Origin: Gammaproteobacteria bacterium
Lineage (GTDB): Bacteria; Pseudomonadota; Gammaproteobacteria; Eutrophobiales; Eutrophobiaceae
Reading direction: 5' to 3'
NCBI GenBank assembly: GCA_965243205.1
Contig: CBDEUK010000002.1
Location: 1,398,007-1,462,006, forward strand
DNA: 64,000 nt
Below the pieces are notes generated by a model. That model was not told the DNA's origin. It was given only the letters and a program-made list of their open reading frames with translations, and ran no database searches. The translations under genes were made by a program, and so were the position numbers. Of the stretch, positions 29,591 through 41,581 are shown in pieces (the stretch's first letter is position 1; each line of letters begins with the position of its first letter).

Positions 29591-30912
29591 TTATTCGATG
29601 TATTCGCAGGCTTACGACGACGGCGCGGTCGTTTTTTATAGGAACGTTGTTGTGGGGCTTTTTCAATTTTTTTCGGCGGCTGAGGTTCAACTAATAAATC
29701 TTGGGTAATCGTCGCTGTCGGAATTTTATCGCCTAAGTATTCCTCAATTTCCATCAGTGAATAAATAAAATCTTCGCAACCAAAACTCACGGCATCGCCG
29801 CTAGCACCTGCCCTTGCAGTCCGGCCAATTCGATGAACGAAATCTTCAGGGTTTTGTGGTAAATCGTAATTAAATACATGGCTAACTTCTGGAATATGTA
29901 AACCACGCGCAGCTAAGTCAGTAGCAACCAAAATAGGAATTTCACCCGTTGAAAATTTCTCAAATAAACTCTGACGTTTTTTTTGCGGTACATCGCCCGA
30001 TAAGATTGCAACCTCATAATCATTACCTAATAAATAACCCGCAACTATTTCCGCATTATTTTTTGTATTAACAAAGATAATGGTCCGTTTCGGATCAATC
30101 TGTTGCAATAAACCAAGCAACAACGGAATCTTTTCATCATTTGCAACGTGGTAAAGTACTTGTGTAACACGCTCAGCTGTAACTTGCTCTGGTTTGACCT
30201 CGATCAATTTCGGGTTATTCATGTGCTCATAAGCTAGCTCAGTGACTCGAAAATTTAACGTTGCTGAAAACAACATACTCAAACGTTGTTCAGGCTTAGG
30301 ACAACGACGCAATAGATAACGAATGTCTTTGATAAACCCTAAATCAAACATGCGGTCGGCTTCGTCCAAGACAACAACTTCTATTTCCTTTAGGTGAAAA
30401 ACTCTTTGTTGGTAGTAGTCGATTAATCGGCCTGGAGTCCCGATTAACACGTCCACAGGCTCATTAAACTGAGCCAGTTGTTTTTTATAATCAATACCCC
30501 CATATACTAATCCGAGTTTAAGATCAGCAAACTGATTCAGAGAAACTGCATCTTTATGGATTTGAATCGCCAGTTCTCGAGTTGGTGAAATAATCAGGGC
30601 TCGAGGCTTGCCAGGTTCACATTGACTCTTTGAATTGAGTAAGATTTGTAGTGTTACCAATAAAAAACTGGCGGTTTTACCAGTTCCTGTTTGCGCTTGA
30701 CCCGCCACATCTTGTCGATTTAACGAGATCGGTATGGTTTCTGCTTGGATTGGGGTACAGAACTCAAAATTGAGTTGATTCAAGGCTTGTTGTAGCGAAT
30801 CATCCAGTTCTAATTGATCAAAGCGGATATTCGACGAGATAGTATTGGTCACACAATGCTCACAGTTTTTGCAGTCTGATCGACAGTATCTTAGAATTGA
30901 CTCAATTAACAA
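29587..30912 (-). CDS. rhlB: DEAD-box ATP-dependent RNA helicase (RhlB-like) with basic C-terminal tail
   Basis: Q motif (FCTPIQ), AQTGTGKT, DEAD, SAT and HRIGRTAR. The real start is probably the GTG at 30852 (MTNTISSNIRF...), because 30912 leaves only 36 bp to the divergent trxA. Confidence 0.88.
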   Translation of the reverse strand: MLIESILRYCRSDCKNCEHCVTNTISSNIRFDQLELDDSLQQALNQLNFEFCTPIQAETIPISLNRQDVAGQAQTGTGKTASFLLVTLQILLNSKSQCEPGKPRALIISPTRELAIQIHKDAVSLNQFADLKLGLVYGGIDYKKQLAQFNEPVDVLIGTPGRLIDYYQQRVFHLKEIEVVVLDEADRMFDLGFIKDIRYLLRRCPKPEQRLSMLFSATLNFRVTELAYEHMNNPKLIEVKPEQVTAERVTQVLYHVANDEKIPLLLGLLQQIDPKRTIIFVNTKNNAEIVAGYLLGNDYEVAILSGDVPQKKRQSLFEKFSTGEIPILVATDLAARGLHIPEVSHVFNYDLPQNPEDFVHRIGRTARAGASGDAVSFGCEDFIYSLMEIEEYLGDKIPTATITQDLLVEPQPPKKIEKAPQQRSYKKRPRRRRKPANTSNN

Positions 30913-30948
30913 CTTATTTTAACAACGTCAGAGGACACTTGATTACTA

Positions 30949-31275
30949 ATGAACGATAAAATTGTTGCTGTTTCAGATGCCAGCTTTGAAAATGATGTAC
31001 TGAAATCTGAGAAACCTGTTCTACTTGATTACTGGGCAGAATGGTGTGGACCATGCAAAATGATTGCACCGATTCTTGATGAAATTGCTGAAGAGTACAG
31101 CGACAAAATCACCATCGCGAAAATCAATATCGATGAGAACCAAGAAACACCTGCGAAATATGTTGTAAGAAGTATTCCTACTTTAATGATTTTTAAAGAA
31201 GGCGAAGCTTCTGCAACCAAAGTTGGTGCTTTATCAAAAGCCCAATTAATGGAGTTTATTGATAGCACAATCTAA
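30949..31275 (+). CDS. trxA: thioredoxin
   Basis: WAEWCGPCK active site. 108 aa. Confidence 0.96.
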   Translation: MNDKIVAVSDASFENDVLKSEKPVLLDYWAEWCGPCKMIAPILDEIAEEYSDKITIAKINIDENQETPAKYVVRSIPTLMIFKEGEASATKVGALSKAQLMEFIDSTI

Positions 31276-31438
31276 GCTTAACCATTAAAAACTGGACGAA
31301 TTGTTACTTTAGTGCTAGTGTATATGTCCAAGGCGTATTAAATACTTTCCTTTTTTAATCCCCAAAACAAAAACTAATAACAATTCGGCGTAACCCGCCA
31401 TATACACTAATCCTTCTTTTACTTTTTACCATCTAACT

Positions 31439-32698
31439 ATGAACCTTACCGAACTAAAACAACAACCAGCATCTGAACTTATTAAATTATCTGAAAACTT
31501 AGGTCTTGATGGCCTAGCCCGGTCACGAAAGCAAGACGTGATCTTTGAAATCCTCAAGGCACAAGCCAAAAAGGGTGAAGACATCTACGGAGATGGTGTT
31601 TTAGAGATTTTGCAGGATGGCTTTGGTTTCTTACGTTCAGCAGGTAGTTCATATTTAGCAGGCCCGGATGATATCTATGTATCACCTAGCCAAATTAGAA
31701 GATTTAATTTAAGAACTGGGGATAATATTTCTGGCAAGATTCGCCCACCTAAAGATGGTGAACGTTATTTTGCATTACTTAAGGTAGCCGAAATTAACTT
31801 CGAGCCACCTGAAAAAGCCAAACACAAAATCCTTTTTGAAAACTTAACGCCGTTATTCGCTCAAGATCGTATGCAACTTGAGATTGGTAATGGTAGCACT
31901 GAAGATTTAACTCCACGTATTATCGATTTAGCGTCACCAGTCGGTAAAGGCCAGCGCGGTTTGATTGTAGCGCCACCTAAATCTGGTAAAACCATGATGC
32001 TACAAAGCATCGCGCAATCGATTACACATAATAACCCTGAGTGTCATTTAATTGTTTTACTCATCGACGAACGTCCCGAAGAGGTAACTGAAATGGAACG
32101 TTCTGTACGCGGTGAAGTAATCTCCAGTACCTTTGATGAACCTGCCTCACGTCACGTACAAGTTGCAGAAATGGTAATCGCTCGTGCTAAACGTTTAGTC
32201 GAGCATAAAAAAGATGTGGTTATTTTATTAGATTCCATTACGCGTTTAGCGCGTGCTTATAACACCGTCGTTCCTGCCTCAGGCAAAGTTTTGACCGGTG
32301 GTGTGGATGCAAATGCATTGCAACGCCCAAAACGTTTCTTTGGTGCAGCCCGTAACATCGAAGAAGGTGGTAGCTTAACCATTCTTGCAACAGCACTGAT
32401 TGATACTGGTTCTCGTATGGACGATGTGATTTACGAAGAGTTTAAAGGTACTGGTAATATGGAATTACACCTTGAACGTGAGATCGCAGAAAAACGCATC
32501 TACCCTGCTATCAATATCAATCGTTCAGGAACACGGAAAGAAGACTTACTCACAACCCCTGATGAACTACAAAAAATTTGGATCCTGCGTAAGCTACTTC
32601 ACCCAATGGAACCACTTGCTGCGATGGAATTTTTATTAGAACGCTTACGTGGTACTAAGAATAACGCTGAATTCTTTGATGCAATGAAAAAAGGTTAA
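31439..32698 (+). CDS. rho: transcription termination factor Rho
   Basis: 419 aa. N-terminal RNA-binding domain and P-loop PPKSGKT. Confidence 0.97.
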   Translation: MNLTELKQQPASELIKLSENLGLDGLARSRKQDVIFEILKAQAKKGEDIYGDGVLEILQDGFGFLRSAGSSYLAGPDDIYVSPSQIRRFNLRTGDNISGKIRPPKDGERYFALLKVAEINFEPPEKAKHKILFENLTPLFAQDRMQLEIGNGSTEDLTPRIIDLASPVGKGQRGLIVAPPKSGKTMMLQSIAQSITHNNPECHLIVLLIDERPEEVTEMERSVRGEVISSTFDEPASRHVQVAEMVIARAKRLVEHKKDVVILLDSITRLARAYNTVVPASGKVLTGGVDANALQRPKRFFGAARNIEEGGSLTILATALIDTGSRMDDVIYEEFKGTGNMELHLEREIAEKRIYPAININRSGTRKEDLLTTPDELQKIWILRKLLHPMEPLAAMEFLLERLRGTKNNAEFFDAMKKG

Positions 32699-32743
32699 AT
32701 ATCTAGTAGCCTATCAAGTCACATACCTGCTATTTCTAGACCT

Positions 32744-34321
32744 TTATGCTTTAAAACGTAGCAACATCATATTCATATTGTTTGCTCGATTTGTCAGATT
32801 TTCACTCGCACTCAAAGTTTCTTTCGCTTGCGCACTGGTGTCATCCGTTGCATCACTGATTCGTATAATATTTTGACTCATTTCAGTTGAAACAACACTC
32901 TGCTCTTCAGTAGCACTTGCAATCATTTGATTCATTCCATTAATCTCACTTACCCGAGTACTTATAGCATCTAATTCTGTAACAACTGTTTTTCCTTGCT
33001 CAACGCAATTCATCGCCTGCTCTGAACCCAACTTCATTGTATCAACGGCCTTTTTAGCCGCTGTGCGTAACGTATTGATTATATCTTCAATATCACGTGT
33101 AGAATCTTGAGTTCTGCTAGCCAAAGTACGAACCTCATCAGCAACCACTGCGAAACCTGCGCCATGTTCTCCTGCACGAGCTGACTCAATAGCCGCGTTT
33201 AATGCTAATAAATTCGTTTGATCAGCAATTTCCTGAATGACATTTAAAACATTGCCAATTTTTTCACAATCGTTATCAAGATTTTGAATAACTTCAGCAG
33301 TATCTTTTACTCTATCAGCCAATTCGTGAATGGCATTCATCGCATTGCCAACAACTGATTTACTGGATTGAGATTGTTTATCTGTCTCTTCAGCTAATCG
33401 GTAAGCGTTCTGAACTGTTTTAGCAATCTCATTAATCGTGGTCGACATTTCTTCCATTGCCGTTGCTACAGAATGGGTATCACGTTGTTGACTAAATAAA
33501 GCCTCACTTGATGAATTACTAGCTGCAGTGGTTCTCTCTGCTTCTAATTTTAATTCTTGTGCAGATTCCCGTACTCGACCTAGTACTGTTTTTATTTTTG
33601 CAGATTGGATCTTTAAGGCTAGATCTAATTGTCCTATCTCATCTCTATTTCCAGTATAAAACCAACTCAATAATTCATTATCAATAATCTGTTTGGACTG
33701 AATCGCTAAATCTCTTAAACGTTTTGTAGTAACAAGAGAACCACAATAAGCCAACCCTGCACTTAAAGTAAGTGTTGCTAAATGTAGCTTTAATGATGCT
33801 TCAGGTATTGCTACAAGAAATGCTAAATAAGGTAATAATGATAAAAGAAACGAAATATACGTTTTTAAACCGATACTACATTCAGACCACCAGCTGACAA
33901 ATCGATTGGATTTATTGTTCCAAACTTCTTTATAAACTTTTTCGGCGCGTGTTTTCTCTTCTATGCTAGGTTTACTTCGAACTGATTCAAAACCGCATAC
34001 TTCACCATCTTCATATATCGGTGTCACAAATGCATTTACCCAATAGTGATCACCATTTTTACAACGATTTTTCACGACACCAAGCCAAGGTTTTCCCTGT
34101 TTAATCTGCTGCCACATATTGGCAAATATGGCTGGAGGTACATCAGGATGACGAACTAAATTATGAGCTTTTCCTTCTAATTCATCCCAGCTAAAACCAC
34201 TGATCTTAATAAAATCATCATTTGCATAAATAATTTTACCTTTTAGATCGGTAGAAGAAATTATTTCTGTCTCATCATCGAAATCACGTTCTATATCTGT
34301 GATAGGTAAATTTTTCCTCAT
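32744..34321 (-). CDS. methyl-accepting chemotaxis protein with N-terminal cytoplasmic PAS domain
   Basis: Start set at [12 protein letters not shown] block (NLVRHPDVP...W), two TM segments, and the MCP signalling hairpin ([28 protein letters not shown]). Confidence 0.88.
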   Translation of the reverse strand: MRKNLPITDIERDFDDETEIISSTDLKGKIIYANDDFIKISGFSWDELEGKAHNLVRHPDVPPAIFANMWQQIKQGKPWLGVVKNRCKNGDHYWVNAFVTPIYEDGEVCGFESVRSKPSIEEKTRAEKVYKEVWNNKSNRFVSWWSECSIGLKTYISFLLSLLPYLAFLVAIPEASLKLHLATLTLSAGLAYCGSLVTTKRLRDLAIQSKQIIDNELLSWFYTGNRDEIGQLDLALKIQSAKIKTVLGRVRESAQELKLEAERTTAASNSSSEALFSQQRDTHSVATAMEEMSTTINEIAKTVQNAYRLAEETDKQSQSSKSVVGNAMNAIHELADRVKDTAEVIQNLDNDCEKIGNVLNVIQEIADQTNLLALNAAIESARAGEHGAGFAVVADEVRTLASRTQDSTRDIEDIINTLRTAAKKAVDTMKLGSEQAMNCVEQGKTVVTELDAISTRVSEINGMNQMIASATEEQSVVSTEMSQNIIRISDATDDTSAQAKETLSASENLTNRANNMNMMLLRFKA

Positions 34322-34441
34322 TATCCAACTCCAATACATAAACGACTTAGGCTGTATCGGGATTCAATTTAAAATCCTCACAAGAAAGAATCCTACTTCG
34401 GTTAATAACTGATGTTTGCTTGATCTAGATCAAATACACAC

Positions 34442-34471
34442 AAAAAAAACCCCGCATAAGCGGGGTTTTTT
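34442..34471. terminator. bidirectional rho-independent terminator (groEL end)
   Basis: AAAAAAAA-CCCCGC-ataa-GCGGGG-TTTTTT. Confidence 0.85.
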
Positions 34472-34543
34472 ATTCACTACGAAAAGGGGGTATTACATCT
34501 ACTGCTCTTGTGCGTCCTGCACCCGCAGTATTCGTAAATCCAT

Positions 34544-36208
<1,665 letters not shown>

Positions 36209-36243
36209 TTAAATTCGTAATTAAATGTTTTTTGTAAAAAGAC

Positions 36244-36534
36244 TTAGCCTTCAAGGACACCCATGATGTCTTCTTCACGCATAACCAGTAGCTCTTCACC
36301 GTCTACTTTCACTTCGGTACCTGAATATTTACCGAAAAGGACTTGGTCACCGACTTTCAAGTCAACTGCGCGCACATCACCGTTTTCTAAAATTTTGCCA
36401 TTACCGACAGCCAATACTTCACCTTTGATAGGTTTTTCAGTAGCACTATCAGGGATCACGATACCGCCAGCAGAAGTTTTTTCTTCTTCCATGCGTTTGA
36501 CGATCACACGATCATGCAAAGGGCGAATTTTCAT
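36244..36534 (-). CDS. groES: co-chaperonin GroES
   Basis: [14 protein letters not shown]... 96 aa. Confidence 0.98.
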   Translation of the reverse strand: MKIRPLHDRVIVKRMEEEKTSAGGIVIPDSATEKPIKGEVLAVGNGKILENGDVRAVDLKVGDQVLFGKYSGTEVKVDGEELLVMREEDIMGVLEG

Positions 36535-36586
36535 AGTATTTCACTCCTAAATAACTTATTGATTAAAAAGAAAATTTAAATATTTA

Positions 36587-36613
36587 CTAGCACTCTTAGT
36601 AATTGAGTGCTAA
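36587..36613. promoter_or_regulatory. CIRCE (HrcA operator) inverted repeat CTAGCACTC-N9-GAGTGCTAA
   Basis: Differs from the consensus TTAGCACTC-N9-GAGTGCTAA at one position. Lies 53 nt upstream of the groES ATG. Confidence 0.8.
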
Positions 36614-36692
36614 TTGTGCTACGAACTATAGTTCAAATACGTTTAAAGTCAACTGGATAGAGCGTTGACAGAGTTATTATTCGAAGTTTGCT

Positions 36693-36720
36693 AGATGGGG
36701 ATCGGGCTTGAGAATTCAAG
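36693..36720 (-). promoter_or_regulatory. sigma32-type heat-shock promoter CTTGAAT-N13-CCCCATCT
   Basis: Read on the minus strand. Consensus is CTTGAAA-N13/14-CCCCATNT. It lies upstream of the CIRCE site and groES. Confidence 0.7.
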
Positions 36721-36742
36721 CCCGATTAGAAAAGACAATAAT

Positions 36743-37927
36743 TTATGAATTTGCCTGATAGAAAGCCATGAGGATTTTAGCCACTTCAGGACGAGCAAAT
36801 TCTGGAGGCAAGTCCTCACCTGCAGCTAACATTTCGCGGACTTTGGTACCAGAAAGTAATACAAAGTCTTCTTTAGAATGGTCTTCTGCATCGCGCATCA
36901 TGACCACTTTATTTAGCTTTTTAGAATACGCAGTGTGATCCGCTCGGAAGATTTCAATTTCTAGCGCACCCTCTGGCAATTCATCAAAAATACTTTGTGC
37001 ATCAAAAGGACCATAGAAATCTCCAACACCTGCATGGTCACGTCCCACAATTAAATGGGTACAACCTGCATTTTGTCGGAATACAGCGTGCAATACTGCT
37101 TCACGAGGACCTGCGTATAACATATCAAACCCATAACCAGTAACTTCGACAGTATTATCTGGGAAATATAACTCGACCATTTTACGAATCGCTGCATCAC
37201 GTACATCCGCAGGGATATCGCCTTTTTTCAATTTGCCTAACAGCATATGAATCAATACGCCGTCTGCTCCAACACGTTCCAATGCCATTTTGCAGAGTTC
37301 TTCATGAGCACGGTGCATTGGGTTACGAGTTTGGAAAGCAACAACTTTTTCCCAACCGTTCTTTTCGATCAAACCGCGAATTTGTGGGGCTGTACGGAAT
37401 GTTTCTGGAAAATCTATTTCAAAATAGCTGTAATTGAGTACTTGAATCGGCCCTGAAATAACGTATTTTCCTAGGCCCATAAAGGTTGAAACACCTGGAT
37501 GTGCGTCATCTAGAGTACCAAAGTTTTTGGCCGCCATTGTTGTTAGTTGGTCAGTGGTAACTTCTTCAATCGCTTCAATATCTTGAATTGCTAAAACAGG
37601 ATTCCCATCGACATTAGGATCACGCAAAGCAATACGTTTAGCATCCCCAACCGAAGAAATATCATCCGTGCGATTCATCACGGTGACTGGCCAGAAAACG
37701 CCATCTGTTGTTTTCATATGCGAAGACACACTTAAAGCATCTTCTAAATTCATATAGCCTTTTAGTGGAGTGAAGTAACCTGCCCCAAGCATCACTGCAT
37801 TCGCTGCTGATGCTGAATTTAGCAATATCGAAGGTAAACCTTCAGCTTCTTTGATGAGGTTGTTTCGAGTCGCCTCATCTTCTACGAATAACGGCGTTAG
37901 CGTTTCAGAACCGTGGGGCTTTATCAT
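36743..37927 (-). CDS. sat: homo-oligomeric ATP sulfurylase (sulfate adenylyltransferase, Sat type)
   Basis: QTRNPMHRAHE and GRDHAGVG motifs. 394 aa. Confidence 0.9.
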   Translation of the reverse strand: MIKPHGSETLTPLFVEDEATRNNLIKEAEGLPSILLNSASAANAVMLGAGYFTPLKGYMNLEDALSVSSHMKTTDGVFWPVTVMNRTDDISSVGDAKRIALRDPNVDGNPVLAIQDIEAIEEVTTDQLTTMAAKNFGTLDDAHPGVSTFMGLGKYVISGPIQVLNYSYFEIDFPETFRTAPQIRGLIEKNGWEKVVAFQTRNPMHRAHEELCKMALERVGADGVLIHMLLGKLKKGDIPADVRDAAIRKMVELYFPDNTVEVTGYGFDMLYAGPREAVLHAVFRQNAGCTHLIVGRDHAGVGDFYGPFDAQSIFDELPEGALEIEIFRADHTAYSKKLNKVVMMRDAEDHSKEDFVLLSGTKVREMLAAGEDLPPEFARPEVAKILMAFYQANS

Positions 37928-38095
37928 TCCAAAGTCTCCTAAAAATCTCTTTCATGTATGTTTAAAAAACGGCCGATAACCATAATGATCTGGCGAATAA
38001 ATGCAAGCAATAACCGCTATTTTGCTAGGTTTTAGTAAGTTAGCACTGGCAAAAACTCATTTATGACTTTACTATTTCAAAAACTATGAAAATGT

Positions 38096-38320
38096 ATGGG
38101 GTGTCCTGAAATGTCACAACCAATAGAAGTTTCCTCACCTGAAGCTGGAAAAAAAACCTCCACCATTATTAATACCGTCGATAACCAAGATACCGTTCAA
38201 TTGGATGCAGAAAATGCTAACTGTTATTGGAATGATCAAGCATTCAATAAAGGCGATCGAGTTATTAATGATAGTAAATGTTACGAATGTGGCTTTGGTT
38301 TATGGACTGAAGTGAGCTAA
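38096..38320 (+). CDS. small hypothetical protein with three Cys residues
   Basis: ORF only. C-terminal half reads CYWNDQAFNKGDRV...CYECGFGLW. The start could be 38111. Confidence 0.4.
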   Translation: MGCPEMSQPIEVSSPEAGKKTSTIINTVDNQDTVQLDAENANCYWNDQAFNKGDRVINDSKCYECGFGLWTEVS

Positions 38321-38332
38321 CGACTAGGCTTC

Positions 38333-38899
38333 TCACTTCGAATTCGAACGAAAAGCATATCGTTCATCTTGTTTTATGATATCTCCAACATGAGTTGAAA
38401 ATTTCTGCGTATCTCGCTCTTGAAAATAAAAATCCAAAGTATATTTAACCGTTGAAAATGCTAACTCATCCCATGGAATTTCTGATTTCAGCAATAATTT
38501 AGTTTCTAAACTTTCAATGCCCGGTTTGAAATCTAACGTTTCTAGCTCAGACAAATACATCAAATAAACTTGATTGACATGAGGCAAACTAAAAACACAA
38601 TAAAGCTGTTGTATTTTCACTGAAGCCATTGCTTCTTCCCAAGTTTCTCTTTGTGCCGCTTCATGCGTAGTCTCTCCATTTTCCATAAAACCAGCCGGTA
38701 AGGTCCAATAACCGTATCGTGGTTCTATCGCTCGCTTGCATAATAAAACTTTATCTTGCCAAACCGGGATACAACCGCAAATAATTTTTGGATTTAAGTA
38801 ATGTATCATCCCGCATGCATCGCACACATGACGCATACGATTATCATCTTCTGGAATCATCGTAATGATTTTTCCACCACAATCACTACAAAAATTCAT
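38333..38899 (-). CDS. NUDIX hydrolase with N-terminal zinc ribbon
   Basis: CxxC...CxxC (CSDCGG...CDACG) and Nudix box GFMENGETTHEAAQRETWEEA. Confidence 0.85.
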   Translation of the reverse strand: MNFCSDCGGKIITMIPEDDNRMRHVCDACGMIHYLNPKIICGCIPVWQDKVLLCKRAIEPRYGYWTLPAGFMENGETTHEAAQRETWEEAMASVKIQQLYCVFSLPHVNQVYLMYLSELETLDFKPGIESLETKLLLKSEIPWDELAFSTVKYTLDFYFQERDTQKFSTHVGDIIKQDERYAFRSNSK

Positions 38900-39005
38900 T
38901 TATTATCCCTGAAATATTTTGAGTTTTAGTTGGCAAGTTCATCGTTGAGTTATGTTATAGCATGTAATTAATGTTACTGTATTACTTAAATTTGTTTAAA
39001 ACTTT

Positions 39006-39302
39006 ATGGCAACCAAACAACCTTATTTTGCAGATTTTCGAGTTCATGTTCTAAGTCATATAAAGGACATTGAAAAACGAGAATATGAAAGCCATTCAAT
39101 CGAATGGTTTTTATTGAAGTATTTACATCGTCTTGCTAAATCAGCCAACCCTCCAAGTCAACGTGGTGATATGGAAAATGCTATTCGTGCATTAATCCGA
39201 TTCTATGTTGATAACTTGGAAGAAAATTCCGATTTAGGCACTCGCTGTCAAACCATCTATAATGAATATCGAAAATGTTTACGACGACAACAAGAGAAAT
39301 AA
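39006..39302 (+). CDS. hypothetical protein (98 aa)
   Basis: ORF only; no motif recognised. Confidence 0.5.
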   Translation: MATKQPYFADFRVHVLSHIKDIEKREYESHSIEWFLLKYLHRLAKSANPPSQRGDMENAIRALIRFYVDNLEENSDLGTRCQTIYNEYRKCLRRQQEK

Positions 39303-39329
39303 CGGTATCATCTATTTTTGGAGATCTTT

Positions 39330-39524
39330 ATGCCTTCTAAAGAAATTACAGATTATTTGGTCATTAGCAATGCAAACCCGATGCAGCTTTCCGTTAAAGT
39401 GAATGAAAAAATTCAGGAAGGTTGGGTCCCCTTAGCAGGTGTAACTGTCGGCGCAGCTATTAGCGAACGTAATACCTTAGTCAGTTATGCGCAAGCGGTA
39501 GTTAAATATAAAATTGCACCTTAG
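39330..39524 (+). CDS. small DUF1737-like protein
   Basis: ATG at 39330 has a GGAG RBS 6 nt upstream; the track's TTG at 39318 is less likely. The GW.P.GG-type block suggests DUF1737 only weakly. Confidence 0.5.
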   Translation: MPSKEITDYLVISNANPMQLSVKVNEKIQEGWVPLAGVTVGAAISERNTLVSYAQAVVKYKIAP

Positions 39525-39531
39525 TGCTTAT

Positions 39532-40341
39532 TTATAATTTACCAACAAAAACAAAACCTAAAATTACTACGCCTAATAAAATTCTATAGACAACATATGG
39601 CAGCATGCCAGTGCTTTGTAGAAACTTTAAAAAGTAATGTATTGATAACCAAGCACTGATAGCCGAAACAGTAGCCACAACTGTAAAAGCATACCAATCT
39701 GTAGCCGCTTCTCCAGTAAAATGCCGGAATGCTTCGTGACCTCCTGCTAATAATATCACCGGGATAGCCATTAAAAATGAAAAACGTGCAGCAGCATTTC
39801 TATCAAAGCCCATCATTAATCCAGCGGTCATCGTAATACCAGATCGTGACGTACCAGGGATTAAAGCTAACACCTGAGCCAAACCAAACATAAATGCCGA
39901 ATGATAACCAATACGTTCATATGATTTTATTTGCTGGCAAGTAGAATCCGCCCACCATAATAAAATACCAAAGCCTATAGATGCCAACCCAATAACATAG
40001 GGTTCACGTAAATAATCAGCTATGTAGTCATAAAGAAATAAACCAACAAGTGCGATTGGTATTGTTGTTATGATAAAAAACAACATGTATTTATGATTTG
40101 AATTTGGACTATAAGCAAAAGGTTTTGCAATCCAAGGTTGGATAACCGTTTGAATATCTCTTTGAAAATAAACTAATACCGCCAACAAACTACCAAGGTG
40201 CGCAGCTATGTCGATAGTAACACCTTGATCATCCCAGCCCATAATATTAGGCAACAATATTAAATGTGCGGAACTGGAAATAGGTAAAAATTCGGTAATG
40301 CCTTGAATAAGCCCAAGTAAAATTAAATGTAGTGTTTCCAT
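39532..40341 (-). CDS. uppP: undecaprenyl-diphosphate phosphatase
   Basis: GLIQGITEFLPISSSAHL and PGTSRSG motifs. Confidence 0.95.
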   Translation of the reverse strand: METLHLILLGLIQGITEFLPISSSAHLILLPNIMGWDDQGVTIDIAAHLGSLLAVLVYFQRDIQTVIQPWIAKPFAYSPNSNHKYMLFFIITTIPIALVGLFLYDYIADYLREPYVIGLASIGFGILLWWADSTCQQIKSYERIGYHSAFMFGLAQVLALIPGTSRSGITMTAGLMMGFDRNAAARFSFLMAIPVILLAGGHEAFRHFTGEAATDWYAFTVVATVSAISAWLSIHYFLKFLQSTGMLPYVVYRILLGVVILGFVFVGKL

Positions 40342-40356
40342 TATTCAATAATAATT

Positions 40357-41520
40357 CTATAAACTGTATGTTAAATCTTTAAAAGAAAAGCCATCTAAAG
40401 ATTGATGATAATCTTTGCCAAGTGCTAAGACTTTAAAACGTTCACCCATTTCATCAGGCATCACTAAGCTTTTTAATTCAGAATTTAATTTTATGGTATC
40501 TAGATCCGTATTATTTATTATTTCATTATAAATAGATTGTATATCATTCCCTAATAGAAAATTCGCTTGGGTAGTATAACCTAAAATATCGTAACCATTC
40601 TGGTAAGCTATTTTTGTAAAAGCAGAAAACTCTACATCACTGGTAATATCTTGAAACCCGATATTAATGTATGGATCATCGTGCACTCTATGTTGGTAAA
40701 AACATCGCATAGTACCCTTTTGTTTATCATGCGAATAATAATCATGTTTCGCAGAGCCATAATCCATTATCAAAAATACACCTTTCTTTAATTTCTGCAT
40801 TATCTGTTTTAGTAATGGTTCATACATTAGATGTATCTCAGTTTGATACTGTTCATGTTCTAGCAACTCATTAGGAATATGTTTTTCAATATATTGTTCT
40901 ATAGAAGAATTAATCTCTATTATTTTCCAAATAAACTCCTCTTTTTCATAACTAACACTCATTTCATAGAATTGATTATTAATTACTTGTAACCGTTTAA
41001 ATGGAAGAGCATCCAATAATTCATTGGCGATAATCACCCCAGATAATTGAGGAATCTGTTCTTGGTTTATCCACTGAATTTTTGGTAAGTATTCAGGGAT
41101 ACATTCTTCAAATAATTCTTTTTGTTTCTCCTTTAAAGCTGGACTGGTTTCGATTAAAAAATAAGATTCTGGTAGCGCTGAAAATTTATGTAAATACAAA
41201 ACTATATCTTTAGTTAACTGACCATCACCCGGGCCAAGTTCAACAATACATCCATCCGATGTTTGTTCCAAAATTTGCAAACATTGTTTAGCTATTATCA
41301 TTGAAAATAATGATGAACGGGTTGGTGCAGTTATAAAATCACCATCCGCACCAAAGATTGCATGTTTATGACAATAATAGCCATTTTCAGAATCGTACAG
41401 CGCAAGGTTTAAAAACTCATCGAAACCAATCGAACCACTCTTTTGAACAGATTGTATAAGTCGGTTGATTAATGACTGACTTTTTTTTAGATTATTCGCG
41501 CTAAGTGGGGGTAGATTCAT
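40357..41520 (-). CDS. SAM-dependent methyltransferase, DUF185/MidA (NDUFAF7-like) family
   Basis: IVELGPGDGQL SAM motif, plus family-typical length and layout. Confidence 0.75.
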   Translation of the reverse strand: MNLPPLSANNLKKSQSLINRLIQSVQKSGSIGFDEFLNLALYDSENGYYCHKHAIFGADGDFITAPTRSSLFSMIIAKQCLQILEQTSDGCIVELGPGDGQLTKDIVLYLHKFSALPESYFLIETSPALKEKQKELFEECIPEYLPKIQWINQEQIPQLSGVIIANELLDALPFKRLQVINNQFYEMSVSYEKEEFIWKIIEINSSIEQYIEKHIPNELLEHEQYQTEIHLMYEPLLKQIMQKLKKGVFLIMDYGSAKHDYYSHDKQKGTMRCFYQHRVHDDPYINIGFQDITSDVEFSAFTKIAYQNGYDILGYTTQANFLLGNDIQSIYNEIINNTDLDTIKLNSELKSLVMPDEMGERFKVLALGKDYHQSLDGFSFKDLTYSL

Positions 41521-41581
41521 TTACAATATATGATAGTTTTATTTAATCAGTTCCATATCACCCTAATGTTCGAGCAGTTAA

